Of a DNA stretch of 64,000 nt, positions 27,039 to 37,151 are shown piece after piece (the stretch's first letter is position 1; each line of letters starts with the position of its first letter). Origin of the DNA: Prochlorococcus sp. AG-402-M15 (lineage in GTDB: Bacteria > Cyanobacteriota > Cyanobacteriia > PCC-6307 > Cyanobiaceae); the NCBI GenBank assembly GCA_003216615.1, contig QCIP01000001.1:113455-177454 (forward strand), written 5' to 3'. The notes under the pieces were generated by a model. That model was not told where the DNA came from. It did not search any database and saw nothing but the letters and a program-made list of their open reading frames with translations. Made by a program: the position numbers and the translations under genes.

Positions 27039-28580
27039 TTATTGTGGTGCACCAAGGAACAATTTATATGTCTCGTTTTTAGTCTCATCCCAGTATTTGT
27101 AGCCTAAAATTTTAATAAATTTGTTCCACTCTGAAACTTCACTTCTATCAATTAAAACTCCAATAACAATTTTCCCTACATCTGCACCATAATTCCTATA
27201 GTGAAATACGCTTATCGACCAATTAGATTTCATATTATTTAAGAAATTTATTAATGCTCCAGGTCTTTCAGGAAACTCAAATCTGTATAAAAGCTCAACA
27301 AAGTTTCTATTATTCATTTCTTTAAAATTCATTGGTAATCTTCCACCTACCATATGTCTGAGATGATTTTTAGATAATTCATCATCACTTATATTAATAA
27401 ATGGGTAATCCGAATTTCTAAATTCATTTAAAAGATTTTTTTTATCAATTAATCCATAGACTTGTACTCCTATAAAAATCTGGGCATTTTTAGAATTCGA
27501 CATTCTATAGCTAAATTCAGTTAAATTTCTATTATCCAGTAACTTACAAAAATCAATTAAACTACCAGCTCGTTCTGGAATTTCAACAGCCATCATTACT
27601 TCTTTACACTCTCCAAGTTCTGCTCTTTCTGCTACAAATCTAAGCCTCTCAAAATTCATATTTGCACCACATGCTATCGCAACCATTTTTTTATTTGAAT
27701 GATTCGAATTCAAAATATCTTTTTTCATTCCCGCAATTGATAATGCTCCTGCTGGTTCTAGTATTGATCTAGTATCCTCAAAAACATCTTTTATAGCAGC
27801 ACATATTTCATCGGTATTTACCCTAATCATCTTATCTATATATTTTCTTCCAATATCGAATGTATTTTTACCGATTTTTTTAACCGCTACTCCATCTGCA
27901 AACTGACCGACAGAAGATAATTCCACAATTTTTGATTCTTCCAAGGATTTTGTCATAGCGTCTGCGTCTTCAGGCTCCACGCCAATTATTTTTACTTCAG
28001 GCCATATTTTTTTAATATATAAAGATATTCCTGATATCAATCCACCACCACCAACAGCAATATAAATTGCATAAGGTTTTTTCTTTAGTTGCTGTTCAAG
28101 TTCAATGGCTATAGTTCCTTGTCCTGCAATTACATCTAGATCATCAAAAGGATGAATAAAACATAAATTTCTTTCTTGGCTTATCCTTATTGCCTCATTG
28201 TATGTTTCATCATAATTATCACCAAATAATATAACTTTTGCTTTTAAATTTTTTACTGCATTAACTTTTACTAAAGGTGTTGTAATGGGCATTAATATGG
28301 TTGCTTTGCAATTTAACTTGAGAGCACTAAGTGCAACTCCTTGTGCATGATTACCAGCACTTGAAGTAATTACTCCCTTAGAAAGCTGCGATTTAGTGAG
28401 CTTACTCATCTTGTTATAAGCCCCTCGTATTTTGAATGAAAATACATCTTGAAGATCTTCTCTTTTTAGAAAAACTTCATTATTAAGTGTATTACTTAAA
28501 ATATAAGCTTTCTCAAGTGGTGTTTTTTTTGCAACTTCATAGACTTTAGCTTGAAGTATTTTTTCAAAATAATCATTCAT
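27039..28580 (-). CDS. ilvA: Biosynthetic threonine dehydratase (threonine ammonia-lyase) with two ACT-like regulatory repeats
   Basis: The SFKIRGAYN PLP-lysine motif, GGGGLISG, and a 513-aa length with a C-terminal regulatory domain. Confidence 0.93.
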   Translation of the reverse strand: MNDYFEKILQAKVYEVAKKTPLEKAYILSNTLNNEVFLKREDLQDVFSFKIRGAYNKMSKLTKSQLSKGVITSSAGNHAQGVALSALKLNCKATILMPITTPLVKVNAVKNLKAKVILFGDNYDETYNEAIRISQERNLCFIHPFDDLDVIAGQGTIAIELEQQLKKKPYAIYIAVGGGGLISGISLYIKKIWPEVKIIGVEPEDADAMTKSLEESKIVELSSVGQFADGVAVKKIGKNTFDIGRKYIDKMIRVNTDEICAAIKDVFEDTRSILEPAGALSIAGMKKDILNSNHSNKKMVAIACGANMNFERLRFVAERAELGECKEVMMAVEIPERAGSLIDFCKLLDNRNLTEFSYRMSNSKNAQIFIGVQVYGLIDKKNLLNEFRNSDYPFINISDDELSKNHLRHMVGGRLPMNFKEMNNRNFVELLYRFEFPERPGALINFLNNMKSNWSISVFHYRNYGADVGKIVIGVLIDRSEVSEWNKFIKILGYKYWDETKNETYKLFLGAPQ

Positions 28581-28696
28581 ATATATATTTTTAGCATTAA
28601 TTATTAATCTAATAAAACATTACATGATCTATTTCAAAAAAAATACTCATTTTGCACCTCGGCGTTTTAGATTATATAGATACTAATTTTTGTTAA

Positions 28697-30586
28697 ATGC
28701 TTTTAAGTGAGTTAAGTCATCCAAATCAACTTCATGGCTTAACAGTTTCACAATTAGAGGAAATTGCATGTCAAATTAGAGAAAGACATCTTCAAGTAGT
28801 ATCTACTAGTGGCGGACATCTTGGTCCTGGATTAGGTGTAGTTGAGCTGACATTGGCTTTATATCAAACTCTTGATCTTGATTTCGACAAAGTTGTTTGG
28901 GATGTAGGACATCAAGGTTATCCTCATAAATTAATAACAGGACGTTTCAGTCAATTTGATTCCCTTAGACAACAAAATGGTGTAGCTGGATATCTAAAAA
29001 GAAGTGAAAGTAAATTTGATCATTTTGGTGCTGGACATGCAAGTACTTCTATTTCTGCTGCTTTAGGAATGGCATTAGCAAGAGATAAAAAAGGTGAAAA
29101 TTATAAATGTGTAGCTGTTATTGGAGATGGAGCATTAACTGGAGGAATGGCATTAGAAGCGATAAATCATGCAGGTCACTTACCAAATACTCCACTAGTT
29201 GTAGTATTAAATGATAATGATATGTCTATTTCACCTCCAGTAGGAGCCCTTTCATCTTACTTAAATAAGGTAAGAGTTAGTCCACCATTGAAATTTTTGT
29301 CCGATAGTGTTCAAGAAAGTGTAAAAAATATTCCTTTAATTGGTAAGGATATTCCAGAAGAACTAAAAAATATTAAAGGAAGCGTTAGACGTTTAGCTGT
29401 GCCTAAGGTTGGTGCTGTTTTTGAAGAACTTGGATTTACATATATGGGTCCAATTGACGGTCATGATATTGGAAATTTAGTTAATACTTTTAACGCTGCT
29501 CATAAACTTAAAAAACCTGTACTTGTTCATGTTGTCACAACAAAAGGGAAGGGTTATCCTTATGCAGAAGCTGATCAAGTTGGATATCATGCACAGTCTG
29601 CATTTGATCTGACAACTGGTAAATCTATTCCATCAAAAAAACCTAAGCCCATTAGTTATAGTAAAATATTTGGTCAAACCTTATTAAAAATATGTGAACA
29701 AGATAGCAAAGTAGTTGGTATTACAGCAGCAATGGCTACAGGTACTGGTTTAGATATATTGCAAAAAAATATCCCAGAACAATATATCGATGTAGGAATA
29801 GCAGAACAACATGCAGTTACTCTTGCGGCAGGAATGTCGTGCGATGGTCTTAAACCTGTTGTAGCTATTTATAGTACTTTTCTTCAACGTGCTTTCGATC
29901 AATTAATTCATGATGTAGGGATACAAAATTTACCAGTATCGTTCGTACTTGATAGAGCTGGGATAGTTGGAGCTGACGGTCCTACTCACCAAGGTCAGTA
30001 CGATATAAGTTATATGAGATCCATACCTAATTTTGTATTGATGGCTCCAAAAGATGAGTCTGAATTACAGAGAATGTTAATAACTTCAATTAACCATAAC
30101 GGTCCTACAGCTCTAAGAATACCCAGAGGTTCTGGTTTAGGGGTGGCTGTAATGGATGAGGGTTGGGAACCTTTGAAGATAGGCGAAGCTGAAATACTTG
30201 AAGAAGGAGAAGATATTTTAATTATTGCTTATGGATCAATGGTTGCATCAGCTATAGAAACTGCAAAGATCCTAAAAAATATGAACATTAATGTATCTAT
30301 TGTTAATGCAAGATTTGTGAAACCTCTCGATAAAAATCTTATTATGCCTTTAGCAAGTAGGATTCAAAAAGTAGTAACTATGGAAGAAGGAACCCTAATA
30401 GGTGGATTTGGTTCCGCAATAGTTGAATTACTTAACGACAATGAACTATACATTCCTGTATATAGAATAGGTATACCTGATGTTTTAGTTGATCATGCTT
30501 CACCTGATCAGAGTAAAGAAAAATTAGGACTTATGCCTGATCAGATGGCAGATAAAATTGTTAAAAAATTTAATTTAAATAATTAA
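28697..30586 (+). CDS. dxs: 1-deoxy-D-xylulose-5-phosphate synthase
   Basis: [24 protein letters not shown] and GADGPTHQG motifs are present. 629 aa. Confidence 0.97.
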   Translation: MLLSELSHPNQLHGLTVSQLEEIACQIRERHLQVVSTSGGHLGPGLGVVELTLALYQTLDLDFDKVVWDVGHQGYPHKLITGRFSQFDSLRQQNGVAGYLKRSESKFDHFGAGHASTSISAALGMALARDKKGENYKCVAVIGDGALTGGMALEAINHAGHLPNTPLVVVLNDNDMSISPPVGALSSYLNKVRVSPPLKFLSDSVQESVKNIPLIGKDIPEELKNIKGSVRRLAVPKVGAVFEELGFTYMGPIDGHDIGNLVNTFNAAHKLKKPVLVHVVTTKGKGYPYAEADQVGYHAQSAFDLTTGKSIPSKKPKPISYSKIFGQTLLKICEQDSKVVGITAAMATGTGLDILQKNIPEQYIDVGIAEQHAVTLAAGMSCDGLKPVVAIYSTFLQRAFDQLIHDVGIQNLPVSFVLDRAGIVGADGPTHQGQYDISYMRSIPNFVLMAPKDESELQRMLITSINHNGPTALRIPRGSGLGVAVMDEGWEPLKIGEAEILEEGEDILIIAYGSMVASAIETAKILKNMNINVSIVNARFVKPLDKNLIMPLASRIQKVVTMEEGTLIGGFGSAIVELLNDNELYIPVYRIGIPDVLVDHASPDQSKEKLGLMPDQMADKIVKKFNLNN

Positions 30587-30605
30587 AAATTTAATAAATA
30601 AATTT

Positions 30606-30866
30606 TTATAAAACACCACGTGATGCTAATCCTAAGATTGCTCCAATTCCGAATATATGACCTAGGCAATTAGCACCTACAACTGATGCGTGACTTAAAC
30701 CACCATAGAATTTTGAATTAGGTATTTCAAAACCTTCATTAGGTTTTCTTATTGTTGCTCTAGCAATTGCATAAGCAAAAACATTACATGCAATCATTAC
30801 GACGGCACACTTTGGAGACCAAGAAAAAGTTGCTGGATCTGCAGCTGCAAATAATGTAGTAAACAT
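30606..30866 (-). CDS. psaK: Photosystem I reaction-centre subunit PsaK
   Basis: 86 aa with two transmembrane helices. The FSWSPKCAVVMI ... GLSHASVVG ... pattern is typical of PsaK. Confidence 0.9.
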   Translation of the reverse strand: MFTTLFAAADPATFSWSPKCAVVMIACNVFAYAIARATIRKPNEGFEIPNSKFYGGLSHASVVGANCLGHIFGIGAILGLASRGVL

Positions 30867-30932
30867 AAAAAATCGTTATTTTCATATATTCTCTAATACT
30901 TTTACCTAAAAAACACAAAATTGTAAAAGGTC

Positions 30933-31268
30933 TTAAGAGTTGTTTACTTCTATGCTATTTAACAACTTTATAAATCCAAACAAAATAGCAAAATCACTTA
31001 GAGTTAGGAAGGATTCTGCAAAGCCATGCAGGAAGTCAACCTCAACAAGGGTTTTATCATAGTAATTTAGTGTGAAGATAGATACCAATATAGTTATGAA
31101 TACGAATAAAACAGTTAATGAAAATCCTGTTTTTACAAAAATATTAACAGATTTGATTTTATATAAATAAAACAAAAATATTGCATATGGAATTATTGAT
31201 ACTGCGAACAATAATGAGTTATCAATGGAACCTAATTTTTCTATAAATTTAAAAAATAAATCATTCAT
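30933..31268 (-). CDS. Conserved cyanobacterial membrane protein (DUF3593-like by recollection)
   Basis: 111 aa with three hydrophobic spans. It overlaps the upstream membrane-protein gene by 8 nt, which suggests a gene pair. Confidence 0.5.
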   Translation of the reverse strand: MNDLFFKFIEKLGSIDNSLLFAVSIIPYAIFLFYLYKIKSVNIFVKTGFSLTVLFVFITILVSIFTLNYYDKTLVEVDFLHGFAESFLTLSDFAILFGFIKLLNSIEVNNS

Positions 31269-31563
31269 AAGTCTCTTCCTTTTTAAAAATAGTGAATGAT
31301 GCGAGAGCTAATGTTGAATTACCAATAAATGTAAATATCCCTTGAAGCGTTACTAATCCATACAATACATCTTGATTATCATAGATATGCCAAGTAATAG
31401 CGCACATAGCTCCTATTAAGTTTGGTACCATAGCTAAGCCTAACCAAAAAAATAAATTGTAATCTTTATTTGTAGAAATTTTGTATATAACAAAGATGGT
31501 AAATATCCATTCAATGACTGAAGAGATGTGAATTAACCAAGTTCCAAATGAAAGTTCGTGCAA
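31261..31563 (-). CDS. Conserved cyanobacterial membrane protein (Ycf49/DUF2499-like by recollection)
   Basis: 100 aa with three hydrophobic spans. The only start is TTG. Coupled to the downstream membrane-protein gene. Confidence 0.5.
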   Translation of the reverse strand: MHELSFGTWLIHISSVIEWIFTIFVIYKISTNKDYNLFFWLGLAMVPNLIGAMCAITWHIYDNQDVLYGLVTLQGIFTFIGNSTLALASFTIFKKEETYE

Positions 31564-31566
31564 AAT

Positions 31567-32100
31567 TTATATTTTTTTCTTTAGTATATTAAGTACTTCT
31601 TTGGCATGATTTATAGGTAAAACACTTATCCATCTATAAGAAATTTCCCCTTCTGGAGAAATCAAAAAAGTATTTCTATCTGAAAATGGAGGAATCCAAG
31701 AACCATATTTATCGCTAATAATTCCTTCAGGATCGGATAATAAAGTATAGTTTATAGATTTCTCGCTGCAGAAACTTTCATGAGAATCTTGATTATCAGC
31801 ACTAATACCAACAATTTCAGCATTATATTTTGAAAAATCATTTTTTAATTCCGAAAAACCTTTAGCTTCAAGAGTGCAACCTGCGGTAAAGTCCTTTGGA
31901 TAAAAATACATAACAAGCCACTTACCTTGAAAATCATTTAATTCCCAAATATTTTTTGATTTTATGTTTTTATTAAAACCTTCTAATTGAAAGTTTGGAG
32001 CAACATCTCCAACTTCAGGAGCAAAGTCAAAAGCGATTGCTGAATTACAATTAAATAAAAAAATAAAAGATATTAATATACTTACAACTAAATTTCTCAT
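31567..32100 (-). CDS. Peroxiredoxin (Bcp/AhpC-TSA family) with an N-terminal signal-like segment
   Basis: FYPKDFTAGCTLE contains the peroxidatic Cys motif. I prefer the ATG at 32100 over the TTG at 32103. Confidence 0.85.
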   Translation of the reverse strand: MRNLVVSILISFIFLFNCNSAIAFDFAPEVGDVAPNFQLEGFNKNIKSKNIWELNDFQGKWLVMYFYPKDFTAGCTLEAKGFSELKNDFSKYNAEIVGISADNQDSHESFCSEKSINYTLLSDPEGIISDKYGSWIPPFSDRNTFLISPEGEISYRWISVLPINHAKEVLNILKKKI

Positions 32101-32105
32101 CAAAT

Positions 32106-32342
32106 TTAGAATTTTTTTAAATCAACTCCATTTGATTTAGCAAATTTATCTAAACCTACTTTTTGTATAGACTTTAGTGCTTTTGTGCTAATTTTAATAT
32201 TCACCCATTTATTGCCTTCTTCCCACCAAAGTCTCCTTTTTTGGAGATTAACTTGTTGCAATTTTTTTGTACGAATATGTGAGTGACTCACTGCCATCCC
32301 GTTATTAGCTTTTGCACCAGTCAGTTCGCAAACTCTTGACAT
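32106..32342 (-). CDS. rpmB: 50S ribosomal protein L28
   Basis: [27 protein letters not shown] is the L28 N-terminal signature. Confidence 0.94.
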   Translation of the reverse strand: MSRVCELTGAKANNGMAVSHSHIRTKKLQQVNLQKRRLWWEEGNKWVNIKISTKALKSIQKVGLDKFAKSNGVDLKKF

Positions 32343-32381
32343 ATTTATTGAGTTATATCTTTAAAAATTTTAACACATGAC

Positions 32382-34286
32382 TCAATTTGTTGAATTAAGT
32401 AATTCTGAAATTAATTCTGCATTATTATTTTGTAAATTAATTATCTGTTCTTGATCTAATCCACCAACAGATAGTTTAGCCATATCGTAAACATGATTAG
32501 CAATTTTAGATGCCAATGGATTCTCAATAGGATCTTTTTCATCAATAATTATTTTGTTGCCTGTAATTTTATTAAGACCAACAATAAGTGGATGTTCTTT
32601 GTTAATTAAGAGCACATGATATTCAGGTAAGCCAGGCATCTTTTGTTCCATGTAAGCGCCCATATCATTAATCCTTCTCATTTGTTCTGGAAGTAAGATC
32701 ATCGCTGGTGGAGCATCTTTACTTGAAAGTGACTGCACTTTAACTGTTACTTTCTCATTGTTAAGGGCCTTAACTATCGTATCTCTAAGATTATCTGTAT
32801 TTGATTTGCCATCCTTATCTACAATTTCTTTAGATTCATTATCTTCTAGTTCATTTATTTCTGAATCTACTCTTTGGAATTGATAATCTTCATTTTTACT
32901 TTCTAACCATGGAAGAAATTGTGCGTCAATTAAGGGATCTGATTTAATAACTTCTTTATTATCAGATAAACAGATATTTAATGCACTAGACTGAGCAATC
33001 AAATCTGAACAGTAAATTATTTTTTTAGAATCAGTTAATTTATTTCGCTCTTTGTAATTTGCGAGAGTTGTGAAATATTTATCATTGGATTTGATAAGTG
33101 ATTTATTCTCAATATCTTTAGTTACGTCTTTCTCTGAATTTATTATTGTTTCAAAAATTATACTGTTATTGACTAAATCAGCAAATTTTTCATCTTCGAT
33201 AGCACCAATTTTAATAAAAGCAGAGATTGAATCCCAAATTTCTGCATAAAATTCTGGAGAATTTTTTATCAAATCCTTCAGTTTATTAGCGATTTTTTTT
33301 GAGATAAATGATGATATAGACCTTACTCTTCTATCTGTTTGTAATGCACTTCTACTTACATTTAGCGGTATATCTGTAGAGTCAATAACACCTCTTAGAG
33401 GTAAAAGGTATTTTGGTACTATCTCTTTAATTGAATCGCTTACGAATACTTGATTGCAAAATAGTTTTATTTCTCCCTTTTCCCAATCAGCTCTACCTGA
33501 CAACTTTGGAAAATACAATATCCCTTGTATGTCATATGGATAATCTGTATTTAGATGAATCCATAACAGTGGATCTCCTTGGAAAGGATAAAGGTATTTA
33601 TATAACTCAATATAATCTTCATCTTTTAATTCACTAGGTTGTTTTCTCCAAGGAGGATTTTTCTTATTGATTGTCTCTCCTTCTAATAAGACATCTATTG
33701 GCATAAAATCACAATATTTTTTTATTAGTGATTTAATCCTTTCAGGCTCAATAAACTCTTTTTCTTCTTCAAGTAGGTGAAGAATAACATCTGTACCAAT
33801 TGTCTCTCTTTCTGATTCCTCTAACGTGAAATTTGGCGATCCATCACAAGACCATTTGAAAGCTTTTGATTCCCCAATTGCCGACTTAGTTAATATATCA
33901 ACTTTATCTGCCACCATGAAACTTGAATAAAAACCTAGTCCAAAATGACCTATGAATTCATCATTATCTTTTTTGTATTTTGTTAGAAATTCTTCAGCAC
34001 TAGAAAATGCAACTTGATTTATGTACTTCTTAATTTCTTCATCATTCATCCCAATTCCATTATCGGAGATTGTTAACGTATTTTTTTCACGGTTAATTGT
34101 TAATTTTACTTGAGCTTCCTCAGTATTCTCGCAATCACCTGCCATAGAAGCCATTCTTCTTTTACTAATTGCGTCAACACCATTACTAACAAGTTCTCTT
34201 AAAAAGATTTCATGGTCAGAATATACTGCCTTCTTGATAATTGGGAAAATATTTTCGGTATTAATACGAATTTCGCCTTTTTCCAT
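32382..34286 (-). CDS. htpG: Molecular chaperone HtpG (Hsp90)
   Basis: FLRELVSNGVDA, ISDNGIGM and GHFGLGFYS motifs are present. 634 aa. Confidence 0.95.
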   Translation of the reverse strand: MEKGEIRINTENIFPIIKKAVYSDHEIFLRELVSNGVDAISKRRMASMAGDCENTEEAQVKLTINREKNTLTISDNGIGMNDEEIKKYINQVAFSSAEEFLTKYKKDNDEFIGHFGLGFYSSFMVADKVDILTKSAIGESKAFKWSCDGSPNFTLEESERETIGTDVILHLLEEEKEFIEPERIKSLIKKYCDFMPIDVLLEGETINKKNPPWRKQPSELKDEDYIELYKYLYPFQGDPLLWIHLNTDYPYDIQGILYFPKLSGRADWEKGEIKLFCNQVFVSDSIKEIVPKYLLPLRGVIDSTDIPLNVSRSALQTDRRVRSISSFISKKIANKLKDLIKNSPEFYAEIWDSISAFIKIGAIEDEKFADLVNNSIIFETIINSEKDVTKDIENKSLIKSNDKYFTTLANYKERNKLTDSKKIIYCSDLIAQSSALNICLSDNKEVIKSDPLIDAQFLPWLESKNEDYQFQRVDSEINELEDNESKEIVDKDGKSNTDNLRDTIVKALNNEKVTVKVQSLSSKDAPPAMILLPEQMRRINDMGAYMEQKMPGLPEYHVLLINKEHPLIVGLNKITGNKIIIDEKDPIENPLASKIANHVYDMAKLSVGGLDQEQIINLQNNNAELISELLNSTN

Positions 34287-34403
34287 TTAAAAAAAATCAA
34301 ACAAATTAAATCTTATTTCCTAAAAAGTAGTTAATCAAGTTTAATTAGGAGTATTGTCCGAACAATATATGAATTTAAAAGTTAAATAAATTTTAAAAAG
34401 GTT

Positions 34404-35555
34404 TTATTTAACCCACAAAATCTCACTACAATTATTTTCTTTCATAATTTGATTTGCTTTAGCAAGGTCATCACATGGATTTAAATGTAAGACAGCAATA
34501 TTTCCTTTTTTCTGTTGTACTTTTTGTTCATTCATACCTTTTTCTAACAAATAAGAATCTTTAAACATCAATAAAATCTTCTTTTGATCTTTCTTTTCTT
34601 CCTTAATTAAATTTCTTAAAATATCTACTGAAATTGTAAATCCAATCCCATTAAATCTTTTCTCATTAGGACTAAATGATCTTACTAACTCATCATATCT
34701 TCCGCCTTTTGCGATGACGCTCTTATTATTACCATTATCCCCTATTAGTTGAAAAACTATTCCTTCATATAAATTCAAGTGAGGTTGAAAAGTGGGATCA
34801 AGTTGTAATTTAACACCATATTTATTTGATATTTTTGATAATGTTTCAAATAAAAAATTTAAGTCATCTAATGTTTTACTAGTACCATATATAGTTTTTA
34901 ATTTCTTTAATATTGCAATTGGCTCTCCTCGTGTGAATAAAAGATCTTTAAGAATATATTTATCATCTTCATCTATTTCTAATTTAGATAAATTATCTTG
35001 ATCAAAATTAACCAGACTTTTCTTAATTTCTTCAAAATTATTATTCTTATATTTACTTAAGATTAAATCCATTATTTTAGTGGTGCTTACTAGTAGAAAT
35101 AAATTACAACCATCCTTCAAATTAATATTATCGATTGAATCAAACAAAATATTAATAACTTCTATTTCTGGGTATTTTGTATCATATCCAATTAATTCAA
35201 TTCCACTCTGCAATTTTTCTTGTAACTTAAATGTATTTTTATTATTTTGTTTTTTATCAAAAACCATTCCATTGGTGAATAATCTTATAGGTCTTTTCTT
35301 ATTTATTAATCTAGTAGAAGACAATTTAACAATTGATGTTGTCATTTCTGGCCTAAGACATAATGAATTACTACTTACTATTCCTACAACCTGATTTTCG
35401 TCAATAACGCCACGGCCTTTTATGGTCTCTAAAGTATTTATGAATGAGGGTGAAACCTCTTCATATCCCCATAGTTTATAAATACTATTTAAATTATTTA
35501 TAATGTTTGAGTTATTTTTTACATCGTCTAATTTAATTTCCTTGATATCGGTCAT
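34404..35555 (-). CDS. hisZ: ATP phosphoribosyltransferase regulatory subunit HisZ (HisRS paralogue without an anticodon-binding domain)
   Basis: Class II aaRS-like core (LRPEMTTSIVK, GGRYDEL), 383 aa, with no C-terminal anticodon domain. Confidence 0.78.
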   Translation of the reverse strand: MTDIKEIKLDDVKNNSNIINNLNSIYKLWGYEEVSPSFINTLETIKGRGVIDENQVVGIVSSNSLCLRPEMTTSIVKLSSTRLINKKRPIRLFTNGMVFDKKQNNKNTFKLQEKLQSGIELIGYDTKYPEIEVINILFDSIDNINLKDGCNLFLLVSTTKIMDLILSKYKNNNFEEIKKSLVNFDQDNLSKLEIDEDDKYILKDLLFTRGEPIAILKKLKTIYGTSKTLDDLNFLFETLSKISNKYGVKLQLDPTFQPHLNLYEGIVFQLIGDNGNNKSVIAKGGRYDELVRSFSPNEKRFNGIGFTISVDILRNLIKEEKKDQKKILLMFKDSYLLEKGMNEQKVQQKKGNIAVLHLNPCDDLAKANQIMKENNCSEILWVK

Positions 35556-35573
35556 TTTAATATTTAACTAATT

Positions 35574-36422
35574 TTAGGTATAGAGATTTTTTTTAAATGG
35601 AGAGACTTTATCTAGTTCATTTTTTAATTCATTCTCAAGGCTGGGAGAACAAGCTAAAATTCTTCCTGAACTTAAATTAAATTCGCCTGATGGATAATCA
35701 GAAATAATACCACCAGCCTCTTCAACAATAATAGCACCGGCCGCTAGGTCCCATACCTCCAATCCTCTTTCCCAATATCCATCTACCTTCCCTGCCGCAA
35801 CAAAGGCTAGATCAACTGCTGCTGCACCTCCTCTTCTAACACCTCTAGTTTTATGTGTTAAATAACAAAATTCAGCATAATTATTATCCTCTGTTTCAAA
35901 TCTGTCATAAGAGAAACCAGTTACAAGTAGACTATCAGAAAGATTAGAGGGATTCGATACTTTAAGTTCATTATCATTGCAGAATGAGCCTAAACCTATA
36001 CAGGCAGAATATAGTTCATTTAAATAAGGTACTGATATAGCTCCTATAATTGGCTTATTTTTATATACAAGACCAATAGAAGTCCCAAAAAAAGGATATC
36101 CATGGGAATAATTTGTTGTACCGTCTAATGGGTCTATACACCATGTTAAATCCGAAGATTTGGTTAATTTACCCGATTCCTCTGCATTTATAGATATGTT
36201 TGGTGTCTCTTCTAATAAATATTCTTTTATTTTATTTTCAACTTCCAAATCTACATTGGTAACAAGATCACCCTTCCTACCCTTTGATGATATTTTCTGA
36301 ATTTTATTGTAATTAGCTTTTAAAATTTCATTACCAATTTGAGCAGAATTCTTGGCTATTTCATACAAAATGGATAAGTTTACTTGATTTGCAAGTTCCT
36401 CTATTTCTCTTAATTCAAGCAT
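35574..36422 (-). CDS. suhB: Inositol monophosphatase family protein (SuhB-like)
   Basis: EESG, WCIDPLDGTTNY and WDLAAG motifs are present. Confidence 0.87.
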   Translation of the reverse strand: MLELREIEELANQVNLSILYEIAKNSAQIGNEILKANYNKIQKISSKGRKGDLVTNVDLEVENKIKEYLLEETPNISINAEESGKLTKSSDLTWCIDPLDGTTNYSHGYPFFGTSIGLVYKNKPIIGAISVPYLNELYSACIGLGSFCNDNELKVSNPSNLSDSLLVTGFSYDRFETEDNNYAEFCYLTHKTRGVRRGGAAAVDLAFVAAGKVDGYWERGLEVWDLAAGAIIVEEAGGIISDYPSGEFNLSSGRILACSPSLENELKNELDKVSPFKKNLYT

Positions 36423-36427
36423 GATAG

Positions 36428-36802
36428 TTAATCTTCCTCAAATTCCCAAGGTGGCGCAACTCTTGTATTTCCCCTCCCAAAATATTGTCCAAATTGTAAA
36501 TCGTAAACTTCATCTTCATATGTAGTTTCTACCTCAAGATCTGAAGTTGCTTTAGAGACACAAAGAAGTGCATAACCTTTGTCTTTTAAAGCCTGAGATA
36601 CACCCATGGCTTCAGGTTGTTGTAAGGTACCAGATTTAATTTTAACTGCACAACTTGTACAGCAACCATTTCTACATGAAAATGCGAGTTTGAAACCTTT
36701 CTTTTCAAATTCCTTTAGTATGTAATCATCACTATTAACCTGCTCTTGGTAGACCTTTCCGGTTTCCTTATTTTTAATGGTGACTGTGAAAGTCTTTTTC
36801 AA
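36428..36802 (-). CDS. Plant-type [2Fe-2S] ferredoxin-like protein
   Basis: The cysteine pattern CRNGCCTSC ... C (LLCVS) is typical of 2Fe-2S ferredoxins. TTG start. Confidence 0.8.
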   Translation of the reverse strand: MKKTFTVTIKNKETGKVYQEQVNSDDYILKEFEKKGFKLAFSCRNGCCTSCAVKIKSGTLQQPEAMGVSQALKDKGYALLCVSKATSDLEVETTYEDEVYDLQFGQYFGRGNTRVAPPWEFEED

Positions 36803-36851
36803 ATAACTTTCCTCTAAAATGGGATGATAAAGGGTTAAAATGGTTATCTTG

Positions 36852-36938
36852 GGAGAGGTGGCCGAGTGGTTGAAGGCGCAGCACTGGAAATGCTGTATAG
36901 GGGCAACTTTATCGAGGGTTCGAATCCCTCTCTCTCCG
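36852..36938 (+). tRNA. tRNA-Ser (anticodon GGA), long variable arm, CCA not encoded
   Basis: Hand fold: acceptor GGAGAGG pairs with TCTCTCC (one G-U pair), D-loop GCCGAGTGGTTGAAGGC, anticodon loop CTGGAAA, long variable arm, T-arm GAGGGTTCGAATCCCTC, discriminator G. Confidence 0.9.
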
Positions 36939-37151
36939 TTTTATATTAGTTTATATTGGTTAAATACATCAACACCTATGTCTCTAAAATATATTTTAAA
37001 ATAGATAGTAATGATTTTTACAGGCCATATATAATCTTATTTATTTAAATTAAGTTGAAAATATTTGATTTTTACTATTATATATAAATATCTAAGTTAA
37101 AAATTAATTAAGTTATTAGTAAGTTTTTCTTTAATTTAGCGATCTAAAAAC

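Noticed and set aside
27033-27041. Stop-codon read-through fusing ilvA to scpB, since both are in the same frame.
   Set aside because: Two TAA stops (TAA-AAA-TAA) separate the frames, and a fusion of threonine dehydratase to ScpB has no precedent. A non-canonical start is the more economical explanation.
28581-28696. A possible leader-peptide attenuator upstream of ilvA (13-codon ORF MSIFFEIDHVMFY).
   Set aside because: The peptide has only two Ile and one Val, with no consecutive regulatory codons, and no alternative terminator/antiterminator hairpins are evident.
30867-30932. An HLR1-type high-light regulatory direct repeat upstream of psaK (TTTTACAATTTTGTGTTT on the minus strand).
   Set aside because: Only one half-site resembles TTACAA, and the second repeat is poor.
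34352-34367. A small hairpin TATTGT-CCGA-ACAATA between hisZ and htpG, considered as a heat-shock operator or terminator.
   Set aside because: The stem is only 6 bp and A/T-rich, there is no CIRCE-like sequence (TTAGCACTC-N9-GAGTGCTAA), and no T-tract follows.
36852-37151. The tRNA-Ser(GGA) as a possible genomic-island integration site, since tRNA genes flank islands in Prochlorococcus.
   Set aside because: I could find no duplicated copy of the tRNA 3' half (att-like repeat). The flanking genes (ferredoxin/suhB/hisZ and dnaK/dnaJ) are core genes with normal composition.
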